64,000 nt of DNA from Candidatus Enterousia sp. (GCA_045546075.1 JAZQCF010000017.1:10254-74253), one strand, 5' to 3'. Shown: positions 11,175 to 20,095, numbered from the stretch's first letter. Made by a program: numbers and translations. Notes: generated by a model not told the origin, from the sequence alone.

Positions 11175-11200
11175 AAACGCACCAAATGGTGCGTTTTTTG
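11175..11200 (+). terminator. Rho-independent terminator of rho
   Basis: ACGCACC-AAAT-GGTGCGT followed by TTTTTT. Confidence 0.75.
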
Positions 11201-11212
11201 TTGGGGGCAAAT

Positions 11213-11437
11213 ATGAAAAAATATCTAATCGCTGCCATCGTGATAATCGTCGCGGGGGCATATTTTTTTGGTGCGCGTATTGGCCGAATGCAATGTGAAA
11301 CCAACGCGCTGAATAAACATTTTGGCGAAACGATAAATATTACAAGTATAAAAGGGTCAACAGATGAAAAAGTTTTTAATACCGGTATGCGCGATGTTCG
11401 GCGCATCCTGCACACAAAATATACCATCGCAGAATAG
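11213..11437 (+). CDS. small N-terminally membrane-anchored protein (i-spanin-like topology)
   Basis: ORF 11186-11437 trimmed to MKKYLIAAIVIIVAGAYFFGA..., because the upstream part overlaps the rho terminator. It has a single TM and a polar C-terminus. Confidence 0.45.
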   Translation: MKKYLIAAIVIIVAGAYFFGARIGRMQCETNALNKHFGETINITSIKGSTDEKVFNTGMRDVRRILHTKYTIAE

Positions 11438-11564
11438 GGCGATGTGTGCGGTTTCTTGCGACATTATTCGCGGTCGTGCAAATGATTGGGTCGTAATAAG
11501 TGATGATTTGGCACGAAATATTTATCGGCATAATTTAATGTGCGAAGAAATGCGGGTGCAATAA
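11364..11564 (+). CDS. small putative lipoprotein (o-spanin-like) overlapping the previous ORF out of frame
   Basis: MKKFLIPVCAMFGAS|C is a lipobox-like signal, although position -3 is atypical. The ORF overlaps 11213-11437 by 74 nt in another frame. Its stop codon directly abuts the stop of the convergent gene. Confidence 0.4.
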   Translation: MKKFLIPVCAMFGASCTQNIPSQNRAMCAVSCDIIRGRANDWVVISDDLARNIYRHNLMCEEMRVQ

Positions 11565-12503
11565 TTATTCACTGTAATATTCAATCAATGCCTCGGCCGC
11601 GGTTTGTATGCGTATCATTGATTGTTCATATGCGGCACAATCGCGTGAGATTTGCGAACGGTACGCATCACGCAGGTTTGATGACATATACGCGCACGCA
11701 CGCAAGTGTTGGACACAATATTGGTGGCCAATCAAAAATGCGTTTTGACCGCGCATACGTTCTTCGGGTTCCGGCCAATCTATGTTCAATGCATTGTCCA
11801 GATTCACCCAAGAATTTTCGCCCGCGTATTGCCCGACCAATTCCATCCAGTATTCGTTCATTTCATCCGTGCTCCATTGGCCACCCCCCATCAGGTTTAT
11901 GATTTGGGTAATCATATCACTGATTACAGGTTGATACGTGGAATCTATTTGTGCCAATTTCGCACTGCAATAACAACGGTTATAGGCCGTGTCTGCGCGT
12001 TCACAATATGCGTTCATACACGTCGTATAATCGGCCAGGCATCGTGAAGAAGACACCGGTGCGTTCGCAGTTGTTGTTTCGGTGGTGGTGGAATTATCAC
12101 GTGCACCACGTGTTGCCGTGGCGCGTGGGGCAATTCCGCTGCGTGCGATTGTTGGCGTATTTGTCGCGGCGCGTGGAACAACACGACGTGTTTCGGTGTT
12201 TGATATGGTGGCGGCCCGCGCAGTGTTTGCGTTGGATGCGGTTCGTGATGTGCGTGGAACAACACGGCGTGGTTCGGCCATAGGTTTCGTTTTGACAATA
12301 ATATCAATAGGATTATTCGTCTGGGAAATTGTTGTGCCGGGATTCATTTCTGTGCGCATTTTATTGTTCAAATATGGATACATATATGAATAAGACTGCG
12401 GGTCAACATAACGCGACACCCGGCCAGGGCTGGGCACCGTGGGCGCGGCAAACGCCGGTGCGCAACATAAAACCGCACACAAAAATCTAAGAATCCTTTC
12501 CAT
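11565..12503 (-). CDS. secreted protein: Arg/Thr-rich low-complexity region plus a conserved Cys-motif domain (paralog of the 36508-39186 N-terminal part)
   Basis: ORF trimmed to MERILRFLCAVLCCAPAFA (signal peptide). A T/R/A-rich tract is followed by CLADYTTCMNAYC...RCYCS, which parallels CKSAYFQCMDQFC...RCSCS in the 892-aa protein. Confidence 0.7.
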   Translation of the reverse strand: MERILRFLCAVLCCAPAFAAPTVPSPGRVSRYVDPQSYSYMYPYLNNKMRTEMNPGTTISQTNNPIDIIVKTKPMAEPRRVVPRTSRTASNANTARAATISNTETRRVVPRAATNTPTIARSGIAPRATATRGARDNSTTTETTTANAPVSSSRCLADYTTCMNAYCERADTAYNRCYCSAKLAQIDSTYQPVISDMITQIINLMGGGQWSTDEMNEYWMELVGQYAGENSWVNLDNALNIDWPEPEERMRGQNAFLIGHQYCVQHLRACAYMSSNLRDAYRSQISRDCAAYEQSMIRIQTAAEALIEYYSE

Positions 12504-12607
12504 ACATTTTATTTTAATAAAAATTTGATTGATAAAGCAATAAAAAAGATAAACACGATTGACAAAATATGAAACGTGTTGTATTTTGTCAAGCATAGAG
12601 GCGATAA

Positions 12608-13447
12608 ATGAATAAAATATTGGCATTAGAATTCAAAATAACCGATTGGTGCAATTTGGCATGTACGCATTGCCCGGAAGATTCTTGTACGAAAAATCCG
12701 CCGGTGTTTATGCCTTTGGAAAAAATTGAAAAATATATGGATGAATTCCAAGATTTGCCATTTAATACATCGAAAAATGTGGCCGTTGGTGGGGGCGAAG
12801 GGATGGCACCGTATCTGTTTGGATACGAAGATTATATTCCGTGTGTGACAGGCGTGCTGCATAAATTTGACAAGAATGTGACACTTAAAACGAATGCGTT
12901 ATGGGGAAATACATATAAATATCGTAATCCAATATTAAAATCGTTGGCAAAGTGTGCGTATTTTGATAACAGTTTGATAACTTTACAAATGCCGGTTGAT
13001 GAATTTCATAATAATATTTCGGGCGTATCGAATATAATCGCCGATATAGTGTTTTCTAATTATTTGTTGGCGGCGTTGCGCGTGGAAATTACGGGGTTTA
13101 ACACGATTGGTTCGGTGGTTGCGCGGGCACGTCTGCAATCGGATTTGGGTGATAAAGAAATAAAAACAATAGATTCAAAAAATGATGATTTGATTGCCTA
13201 TAATGAAAGCGGTGCCGGAATTCATATCAGGACAGATTATATGTCGGGCGTGCCGCGTTTGGGACGCGCAATAAAAAATCATGTTTATACAAGTGATGAA
13301 ATCGGTGGCGGATTTGTGAATAAATTAAAGATAGATAGTGCAGATAACGCAATTTTGAATAATGTGGTGCGCGCGAAAATAGGTGACCGGTCATTGACGG
13401 ATGTTGTGCAGAGCCTTGGCGAAAAAATGTATGGTCGCCAGAAATAA
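12608..13447 (+). CDS. radical SAM-like enzyme
   Basis: 279-aa ORF with the CxxxCxxC cluster motif near the N-terminus (WCNLACTHC) and a GGGEG motif where the SAM-binding GGE motif sits. Its specific function is unknown. Confidence 0.6.
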   Translation: MNKILALEFKITDWCNLACTHCPEDSCTKNPPVFMPLEKIEKYMDEFQDLPFNTSKNVAVGGGEGMAPYLFGYEDYIPCVTGVLHKFDKNVTLKTNALWGNTYKYRNPILKSLAKCAYFDNSLITLQMPVDEFHNNISGVSNIIADIVFSNYLLAALRVEITGFNTIGSVVARARLQSDLGDKEIKTIDSKNDDLIAYNESGAGIHIRTDYMSGVPRLGRAIKNHVYTSDEIGGGFVNKLKIDSADNAILNNVVRAKIGDRSLTDVVQSLGEKMYGRQK

Positions 13448-13496
13448 GCAAATATAACTTGCGTTTATTTTTTTTGTGGTTATAATTTACGGCATT

Positions 13497-13573
13497 CGGG
13501 GCGTAGCTCAGTCTGGTAGAGTGCTTGCTTTGGGAGCAAGATGTCGTAGGTTCGAATCCTGTCGCCCCGACCA
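13497..13573 (+). tRNA. tRNA-Pro (anticodon UGG)
   Basis: Hand-folded cloverleaf: acceptor CGGGGCG/CGCCCCG, anticodon stem CTTGC/GCAAG with loop TTTGGGA, T-loop TTCGAAT, and an encoded CCA. Confidence 0.9.
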
Positions 13574-13585
13574 TTATTTAATAAA

Positions 13586-13612
13586 AATACCACCACAACG
13601 GTGGTATTTTTA
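13586..13612 (+). terminator. Rho-independent terminator after tRNA-Pro
   Basis: TACCACC-ACAAC-GGTGGTA followed by TTTTTATT. Confidence 0.7.
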
Positions 13613-13759
13613 TTAAATGATAATGTTATGTGTGGGCGACAGGATCGGTGCGAACACGAAGTGTGCAGCACCAATACGAGAATACACAATTAGAAAAATC
13701 TTAAAAAATCGACTTTGGAAGATTTTTTTGATTTTTGTCATTGTGTATCGAGGGGGAAA

Positions 13760-13774
13760 GTCGCCCCGACCATT
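13760..13774 (+). repeat. 15-nt direct repeat of the tRNA-Pro(UGG) 3' end
   Basis: GTCGCCCCGACCATT at 13760-13774 is identical to 13561-13575, the last 13 nt of the tRNA plus 2 nt. Confidence 0.8.
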
Positions 13775-13830
13775 TTCGTTTGACACGCAATCTGGATGGG
13801 CGCATACTAAATGTATCAAAGGAATACATA

Positions 13831-14700
13831 ATGAAAATAGATTATACACTGCATACACATACGGTCGGGTTTGATGGACGCAACACGGTCGAAGAAATGA
13901 TTTGCGCCGCCCGTGCGCGCGGGTTCAAAGTAATTGGGTTTTCAAATCACTTTATTGTACACCCCGATATATCTAAATCGCCGATGTATAAATATGCGCT
14001 GCGGGCCGGGTATGCGAATATGTACAGTAATGATGCAGAATATTCTATTCATCGGTTTGGTGAACACTTTGCCGCCGTGCGCGCGTTGCGTGAAAAATAC
14101 CCGAATATGAAAATACTCTGTGGGATGGAAATGGATTGGTTCCAGTATCCCGAATGGGGGCAGATAATGGGAAATGCGGTCGCGCGCCTGCGCCCGGACT
14201 ATGTTATTGGGGCAATGCACTTTATTGACCGCGGAATGGACGGTGTGTTAAATGTGCACGATATTAAAAATGCGTCCCCGGTTGAATCGCGGCGATTATT
14301 AAGGGAATATTATCAAAACCTGATAAAATTGGCGGAATATGATTGGCGACCGATGGGTTTTCGTTTTAATTGGATTGCGCATTTTGATTTGCCACGCAAG
14401 GTTGGTTTGGCATGGCCCGATATGGAAGATGCCGGATTAAAGGCGCTGGCATTAAATGGTATGCCGATTGAGATAAATACCGCACTGATGGGAAATAAAA
14501 ATTATGCGCAAGTTGGTGGGCGTGCAGAAAAAATTCGGCAAATTGTTAATGCCGGGGTTCCAGTATTGGTTGGTGATGATGCACACGATATTGAGCGTAT
14601 TGGAACCGGTTTTGGTGTCGTAGAAAAATTGGCGAATTCGCAGAATTTCTGTACCACTTTCAATAAATTAAAGCAAAAAATCGGTGTGCGTTCGTATTAA
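13831..14700 (+). CDS. PHP-domain phosphoesterase (HisJ-family histidinol-phosphatase-like)
   Basis: ORF 13735-14700 trimmed to MKIDYTLHTHTVGFDG... (PHP HxH motif) after AAAGGAA. The upstream extension overlaps the tRNA-derived repeat. Confidence 0.7.
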   Translation: MKIDYTLHTHTVGFDGRNTVEEMICAARARGFKVIGFSNHFIVHPDISKSPMYKYALRAGYANMYSNDAEYSIHRFGEHFAAVRALREKYPNMKILCGMEMDWFQYPEWGQIMGNAVARLRPDYVIGAMHFIDRGMDGVLNVHDIKNASPVESRRLLREYYQNLIKLAEYDWRPMGFRFNWIAHFDLPRKVGLAWPDMEDAGLKALALNGMPIEINTALMGNKNYAQVGGRAEKIRQIVNAGVPVLVGDDAHDIERIGTGFGVVEKLANSQNFCTTFNKLKQKIGVRSY

Positions 14701-14701
14701 T

Positions 14702-15382
14702 TTAATGCGCGATTAGATATTTTATTGCATAATTTGCCGCGAACAAACCAAATGCACCGGTAACGGTTACAATAGACCCAAATTCTTTGGATGTGCTGTG
14801 ATGTGGGGCGGGGGCTTCGGTTGAAAAAACCACCGGAAAATCACCAATGTGTTCATCGCGAACAATCTTGCGAATGCGTGCCGCAAGGGGGCAGGCGAAC
14901 GTGCGCGAAATTTTATCTATCTTGATTTTTGTTGGGTCGGTTTTGCGTGCCGCGCCCATTGACGATATAAATGGAATTTTGTTCTGTTTGCACCAACGAT
15001 AAATTGCGATTTTTGAATCAACCGTATCAATGGCATCAATCACAAAATCTGGATGGATTGAAAGGCAACCGTTACCGTCAAAAAACATATCAAAAACGGT
15101 CACTTTTATATTCGGGTTTATATCGGCAATTCGTTCACGGGCAATATCTATTTTCTTGCGTCCCAATGTAGAATTCAATGCGAATAATTGTCGGTTTATA
15201 TTTGATTCTGTGATGCTATCAAAATCCAATAGAATTATATTTCCAACGCCCGCACGCGCCAAAGATTCAATCGCAAATGAACCAACCGCGCCGCATCCAA
15301 AAATCATAACAGTTGCGTTTTGTAATTTTTCGATTTTTTCGTTTCCCAAAAGTAATCGTGTTCTATGCAATCGGTCGAACAT
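14702..15382 (-). CDS. tcdA: ThiF/HesA-family protein, TcdA (tRNA t6A37 cyclodehydratase)-like
   Basis: Rossmann motif IFGCGAVGSFAIESLARAGVGNIILLDFD followed by ESNINRQ. Confidence 0.65.
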   Translation of the reverse strand: MFDRLHRTRLLLGNEKIEKLQNATVMIFGCGAVGSFAIESLARAGVGNIILLDFDSITESNINRQLFALNSTLGRKKIDIARERIADINPNIKVTVFDMFFDGNGCLSIHPDFVIDAIDTVDSKIAIYRWCKQNKIPFISSMGAARKTDPTKIKIDKISRTFACPLAARIRKIVRDEHIGDFPVVFSTEAPAPHHSTSKEFGSIVTVTGAFGLFAANYAIKYLIAH

Positions 15383-16076
15383 AACTTAAAACCTCGTTAA
15401 TGTTTTTGTGTAATTGGTTTGACATTTCTTCGTGCGTGCATTCGCGCAGGGCGGCAATATTATGAATCGCGGAATCCAATATAGATATTTCATCGTGCGA
15501 ATCAAACGTGTCGCTTTCCACCAAAATTCGGTTTTGCGGTGTTGCGATTATGCGTGCAGCATCTTTATCGTTTTTGGTGGTGGAATACGAAAAATACATA
15601 TTGTATTTATCCACCAAGGTTTGAATTTGGGCCGGGTCGCCCGAAAATGCGTGTGCCACAATCGCGGGTGGCATCGCGCCCTTGTGCGTTTTGAAAATGT
15701 GTAATATTTTATCCCATGCGCCGACACAGTGCAAATGCACCGGGCGACGAAATTGTGCCGAAATGTTTAGTTGTGCGGTAAAAATTTCAATTTGGCGTGT
15801 CATATTGGGGTGGAATTTGTCTAATCCAACCTCGCCAACCATAATGGTGGGGTGGGCAGACAATATTTCACACATCGTCGTTTCCCATGTGTAAATTGCA
15901 TCATTGACGTACCACGGATGGATACCGATAGATGCAAAATTTTTATCGTCTTCGGTTTCATCAATCTTGACGGCGGTTTCCCAATCGCCCGGGCGTGTGG
16001 CATTATAAATGCGGCATGCGATTTCCGGTGCGTTTGATAATTCGGTCAAATGACAATGTGCATCTGTGTATATCAT
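15363..16076 (-). CDS. TatD-family metal-dependent hydrolase
   Basis: MIYTDAHCHL... N-terminal HxH motif and TatD-like length. Overlaps the tcdA-like start by 20 nt, so an operon is likely. Confidence 0.75.
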   Translation of the reverse strand: MIYTDAHCHLTELSNAPEIACRIYNATRPGDWETAVKIDETEDDKNFASIGIHPWYVNDAIYTWETTMCEILSAHPTIMVGEVGLDKFHPNMTRQIEIFTAQLNISAQFRRPVHLHCVGAWDKILHIFKTHKGAMPPAIVAHAFSGDPAQIQTLVDKYNMYFSYSTTKNDKDAARIIATPQNRILVESDTFDSHDEISILDSAIHNIAALRECTHEEMSNQLHKNINEVLSYVRPIA

Positions 16077-16205
16077 AAGATAACTATATGCGTAAAAATC
16101 TGTGTCCGCAAGTAAGATTTTTGTCCGTGCGCTTTATAAATCTTGTGTCAAAGCTAAAAATATGATATTATATTCAGCAAGGTACAAAATTTTTTGGGGG
16201 ATTTT

Positions 16206-16805
16206 ATGAAAAAGGCTAGAGATAAAAAACAGAATTTAACCCGGTTGGCGAATCAGGTTTATCGCAATACCGCACCATTGTTGTTGGGGGAATCATTATT
16301 ATTTGTCGCCGTGGCGATACTGTTACTTATACGCCCGGTCGAGATGTTGTCCGCGATAACATTTGTCGTTGGGTTGGGGTTGGTCCTGTTCGGGCTGTAT
16401 CGCGTTAGTATGGTTTTCGTATCAAACCAAGGTTTTACCGCCGGCACATTTGATGTGTTCTTTGGGTTGGTAACATTTGTGTTGGGTGTTGTGTTCTGTG
16501 TATATCCGCATGGGGCGACGGTTGGGATGATATATATATTTGTGGTGCTGTTTATGTTGAATGCGTTGCGGATGTTGTTCTTTTCGATAAATATGGCGCG
16601 TGTTGGTTTTCGTCATTCACGGGCGGACATTGTTGTTTCGATTGTGTTCTTGATTTTATCTGCGTTGTTACTGTTTATGCCGAATTTGGCGATTGGGGTG
16701 TTGGTATGGTTCTTGGCGGCATATATGTTATTGTATGCGGCGGCGGATGTGTATATGTTTATAAAGTTGTTGCGCCTGCGCCGGACGGTGCGCGCGATAA
16801 AATAG
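16206..16805 (+). CDS. polytopic membrane protein (HdeD/DUF308-like)
   Basis: ORF trimmed to the ATG at 16206 after GGGGG. It has six hydrophobic segments with a repeated pattern; the family call is tentative. Confidence 0.55.
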   Translation: MKKARDKKQNLTRLANQVYRNTAPLLLGESLLFVAVAILLLIRPVEMLSAITFVVGLGLVLFGLYRVSMVFVSNQGFTAGTFDVFFGLVTFVLGVVFCVYPHGATVGMIYIFVVLFMLNALRMLFFSINMARVGFRHSRADIVVSIVFLILSALLLFMPNLAIGVLVWFLAAYMLLYAAADVYMFIKLLRLRRTVRAIK

Positions 16806-16835
16806 ACCGCACATATAAAATTATTGAAAATCGAA

Positions 16836-16886
16836 AGTGTTTTGTGTATAATTCGCGTATGTTGATGACACAGAACACTTTTTTTC
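16836..16886 (+). terminator. long-stem terminator
   Basis: AGTGTTTTGTGT (16836-16847) pairs with ACACAGAACACT (16868-16879) with one mismatch, followed by TTTTTTT. Confidence 0.55.
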
Positions 16887-17007
16887 ATACATTTCATCAC
16901 GCCCATGCGGGTGTGTGCTAGCAATGTTATATAAATAAACAATACAAATTCGGTGGGCGACGTGCCCGGGTTCAACAGAAATAAACAAAAAATACGGGGA
17001 AAATAAA

Positions 17008-18294
17008 ATGGATTTGAAACCAACAAAACCTTTATCGGGATTTATAGAATTATTACCGGCCCAGCAACGATGCTTTGATGAATGTGCGCGTCGTATGCAG
17101 AATGTTTTGAAAAATGCGGGCTATTCGCGCCTTGATTTGCCGGCGATAGAACGGGCCGAGGTTTTAACCGACAAAGACAACTGGGACGAAATTGAAACCC
17201 AGATATTCTTGTTCCAAAAGGGCGACACGAAGATGGGCCTGCGGTATGATGGAACGGTGGGGTTGTCGCGATTCGTTGCGGGCCACATGAATGATTTGAA
17301 CTTTCCATTCTATACATATCAATTTGCGCGCAATTATCGTGGCGAACGGCCGCAAAAGGGGCGGTACCGTGAATTTTGGCAATTGGACATTGATATATTG
17401 GGCGTGCAATCATTATCGTTAAATTATGATGCAGAAATCGTGTCCACGCTTATGCGGGTATATGAATCTGTGGCGGATATTGTTGGTTCTGTTCGGGTCA
17501 AAATTGGTAATCGTCGTTTTTGGAACGCGATGTTTGCGTATTTGAACCTTGATGATGCCCAGGCGCGTGATGCATTTGTCTTGATTGATAAACGCGATAA
17601 AATTTCTGATTTTATGGATGGCCTGGTTGAAATTATGGGGCAAAGTGCCGCAAATGAAATAAATGCGGTGTTCGCCAAAGGTTATCGTTCATTTGCCGGC
17701 AAAACGGCGGATCTGGATGCGGCCATTGATGAAATGGACCGGTTTATGAAATTGTTGGACGCGATGGGCGTGAAAAATGCCGAAATAGATGTTTCTATTA
17801 TGCGCGGACATTCGTATTATACCGGAATCGTGTTTGAATTCTTTTCTATTGATTATCCGGACTTACCGGCGGTCGGTGGGGGTGGTCGCTATGAAAATTT
17901 GGTGTCAAAGTTTTCAAAAACAAAAATTGTTGGGGTTGGCGCATCAATAGGTGTGTCGCGATTATTGGTTGCGTTGATGGAATCGGGCCGAATTGATTTG
18001 TCGCAATTTGAATCAAATGTGGATGTGGCGGTGTTGGTTATGGGGGATGAAAATTTGCCGTACGCGATGTCCGTTTTGAATGATTTGCGGGGTGCGGGGG
18101 TGCCGTCTGTGGCGTTCCTTGATACGGACAAGAAGTTCAAAAATCAAATTGAATACGCGGATAAAATTCGCGCTAAATTCAGTATGATAATTGGAACCGA
18201 TGAAGTAAAAAATAAACAAATTGCGTTGAAAAATATGACCACCGGAGACCAGGTTTCTGTGACAATTCCCGACGCGATAAAAATGATAAAATAA
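17008..18294 (+). CDS. hisS: histidine--tRNA ligase
   Basis: Class II motifs: YRGERPQKGRYREFWQLDIDILG (motif 2 region) and GGGGRYENL (motif 3). 428 aa. Confidence 0.9.
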   Translation: MDLKPTKPLSGFIELLPAQQRCFDECARRMQNVLKNAGYSRLDLPAIERAEVLTDKDNWDEIETQIFLFQKGDTKMGLRYDGTVGLSRFVAGHMNDLNFPFYTYQFARNYRGERPQKGRYREFWQLDIDILGVQSLSLNYDAEIVSTLMRVYESVADIVGSVRVKIGNRRFWNAMFAYLNLDDAQARDAFVLIDKRDKISDFMDGLVEIMGQSAANEINAVFAKGYRSFAGKTADLDAAIDEMDRFMKLLDAMGVKNAEIDVSIMRGHSYYTGIVFEFFSIDYPDLPAVGGGGRYENLVSKFSKTKIVGVGASIGVSRLLVALMESGRIDLSQFESNVDVAVLVMGDENLPYAMSVLNDLRGAGVPSVAFLDTDKKFKNQIEYADKIRAKFSMIIGTDEVKNKQIALKNMTTGDQVSVTIPDAIKMIK

Positions 18295-18304
18295 TGGGCA
18301 AAAA

Positions 18305-19369
18305 ATGGTAATAGAAGATAAACTTTTGGACATTAAAAAACGCGCAAGTGATATCCAGGCGGCCATGAATTCGGGCGATGTGTCGGGCGATGAATTGACG
18401 AAATTATCGCGCGAATATGCACGGTTGAATGATATTTTGCCCCTTGTGGACGAATATTTTCAAACAAAGCAGGGCATAGACGATGCGACCGAGATGCTGC
18501 ACGATGAAGAATTGCGCGAAATCGCCAATGAACAATTGGAAGATTTGAAACATCGTATGCCTGATATAGAAAAACGGTTACAGATTGCCTTGCTGCCGCG
18601 GGACGATGCGGACGACCACAGTGCGATTATGGAAATTCGCGCCGGGGTGGGGGGCGAAGAATCCGCGCTGTTTGCGGGGGATTTGTTCAATCAATATAAA
18701 TCCTATGCGTTGCGGCACGGGTGGAAAATTGAAATTGTGGAAGAAAACGCAACATCGCTGCATGGGTATAAAGAAATTATTTTCAAAATCGATGGCGATG
18801 GGGTGTTCGCGCGCATGAAATTTGAATCGGGCATTCATCGGGTGCAACGCGTCCCGGAAACCGAGGCCGGCGGTCGTATTCACACCAGTGCGGTTTCCGT
18901 TGCCGTCATGCCCGAGGCGCAAGATATCGATGTCAAAATCGAAGAAAAAGATATTCGTATCGATGTTTTTCGGGCGTCCGGTGCGGGTGGTCAACACGTC
19001 AATAAAACCGATAGTGCGGTGCGCATTACCCACTTTCCAACGGGCATCGTTGTTACGTGTCAGAACGAACGCAGCCAGATTCAAAACAAGGCGACCGCCA
19101 TGGCGGTATTGCGTTCAAAACTGTATGAAAAAGAGCGTATGGAACAAGATGCCGCGCGCACCAGTTCGCGCCGCAGTATGGTTGGTTCGGGCGACCGCAG
19201 TGAAAAGATTCGCACATATAATTTCCCGGAACAGCGCGTGACCGATCATCGTATTAAATTGACGCTTTATAAACTGGATGATATTTTGGCGGGCGGCGAA
19301 GGATTGGATGAAATGATAGACGCATTGATTTCTGCGGACCAGTTGGAACGCCTGGCCGCGATGGAATAG
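18305..19369 (+). CDS. prfA: peptide chain release factor 1
   Basis: GGQ motif (SGAGGQHVNKTDSAVRITH) and a PxT-type anticodon mimic (RVPETE). 354 aa. Confidence 0.93.
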   Translation: MVIEDKLLDIKKRASDIQAAMNSGDVSGDELTKLSREYARLNDILPLVDEYFQTKQGIDDATEMLHDEELREIANEQLEDLKHRMPDIEKRLQIALLPRDDADDHSAIMEIRAGVGGEESALFAGDLFNQYKSYALRHGWKIEIVEENATSLHGYKEIIFKIDGDGVFARMKFESGIHRVQRVPETEAGGRIHTSAVSVAVMPEAQDIDVKIEEKDIRIDVFRASGAGGQHVNKTDSAVRITHFPTGIVVTCQNERSQIQNKATAMAVLRSKLYEKERMEQDAARTSSRRSMVGSGDRSEKIRTYNFPEQRVTDHRIKLTLYKLDDILAGGEGLDEMIDALISADQLERLAAME

Positions 19370-19426
19370 GGGACGGTTAGTGATTGTTCCGTCTAGGCTT
19401 ACGCTCCGTCGCGACAAGGGTTTAGT

Positions 19427-19452
19427 AAAAAACGCCCAATCGGGCGTTTTTT
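19427..19452. terminator. bidirectional Rho-independent terminator
   Basis: AAAAAA-CGCCC-AATC-GGGCG-TTTTTT between prfA (+) and the convergent 19451-19963 gene (-). Confidence 0.75.
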
Positions 19453-19963
19453 AATCCGGCAAATTCCACAGCAGGCAATTTTCGCTGGTTTCTGCCGCGC
19501 CATCCAGGTATCGAACACAGATTTTGTTTTTTTGCTTTGCGCTTATGCGGCTGTTCGAAAGTTTAAATGCCCGGTCAAGAACTTCAGCCGATACGATACT
19601 GTTTTTTATATCACTTTCGCCAAGTCCATGGAACAGTTCTGCATCATCGGCCATTTGTTGGACCATATACCCATCGGCCAATTTGGTCCCCCAAGCCTCA
19701 CTGGTGGGTCCAGTCCAACCATTGGTGCCGCCTTGGATAATATAACGTTTTGCAATAACGCCGTCTGTGTCTGTATCTGTAATGACGGCGGTAGGCATTG
19801 ACAGGTTAAATTGTCCGCCTGTGCCTCTTGGTGATATTTTGTCTTGTTTTGTTTCAACCCGGGTATCAACATAGTTTTGTGTGGTGATGGTCTGTGTATC
19901 TGCCAAAACTGAATTGATTGTGATTATTGATGCGATTGCACCAAGTAATAATTTTTTGCTCAT
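19451..19963 (-). CDS. small secreted protein, paralog family member (170 aa)
   Basis: ORF trimmed to MSKKLLLGAIASIITINSVLADT after AGAGGGAAAATATG. It shares the signal peptide, NYVDT and ENCLLWNL motifs with 23878-24381. Confidence 0.75.
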   Translation of the reverse strand: MSKKLLLGAIASIITINSVLADTQTITTQNYVDTRVETKQDKISPRGTGGQFNLSMPTAVITDTDTDGVIAKRYIIQGGTNGWTGPTSEAWGTKLADGYMVQQMADDAELFHGLGESDIKNSIVSAEVLDRAFKLSNSRISAKQKNKICVRYLDGAAETSENCLLWNLPD

Positions 19964-20095
19964 ATTTTCCCTCTTTCTGTTTCGTGTTTCGCTCGGCATA
20001 AAATATGCCTGCGCGCAAATTTGTGTTTTTGTTCGAACTTCGCTAACGCTCGTTCTTACATACAAATTTTGCTTGTTTGATTTTATGTCTATAAT

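Noticed and set aside
18305-19369. Stop-codon reassignment, suggested by stop-rich heptamers and the RF1 PET tripeptide
   Set aside because: All conserved genes in the window give full-length products under the standard code, with no in-frame TGA, TAG or TAA. PxT with x=E is within normal RF1 variation.
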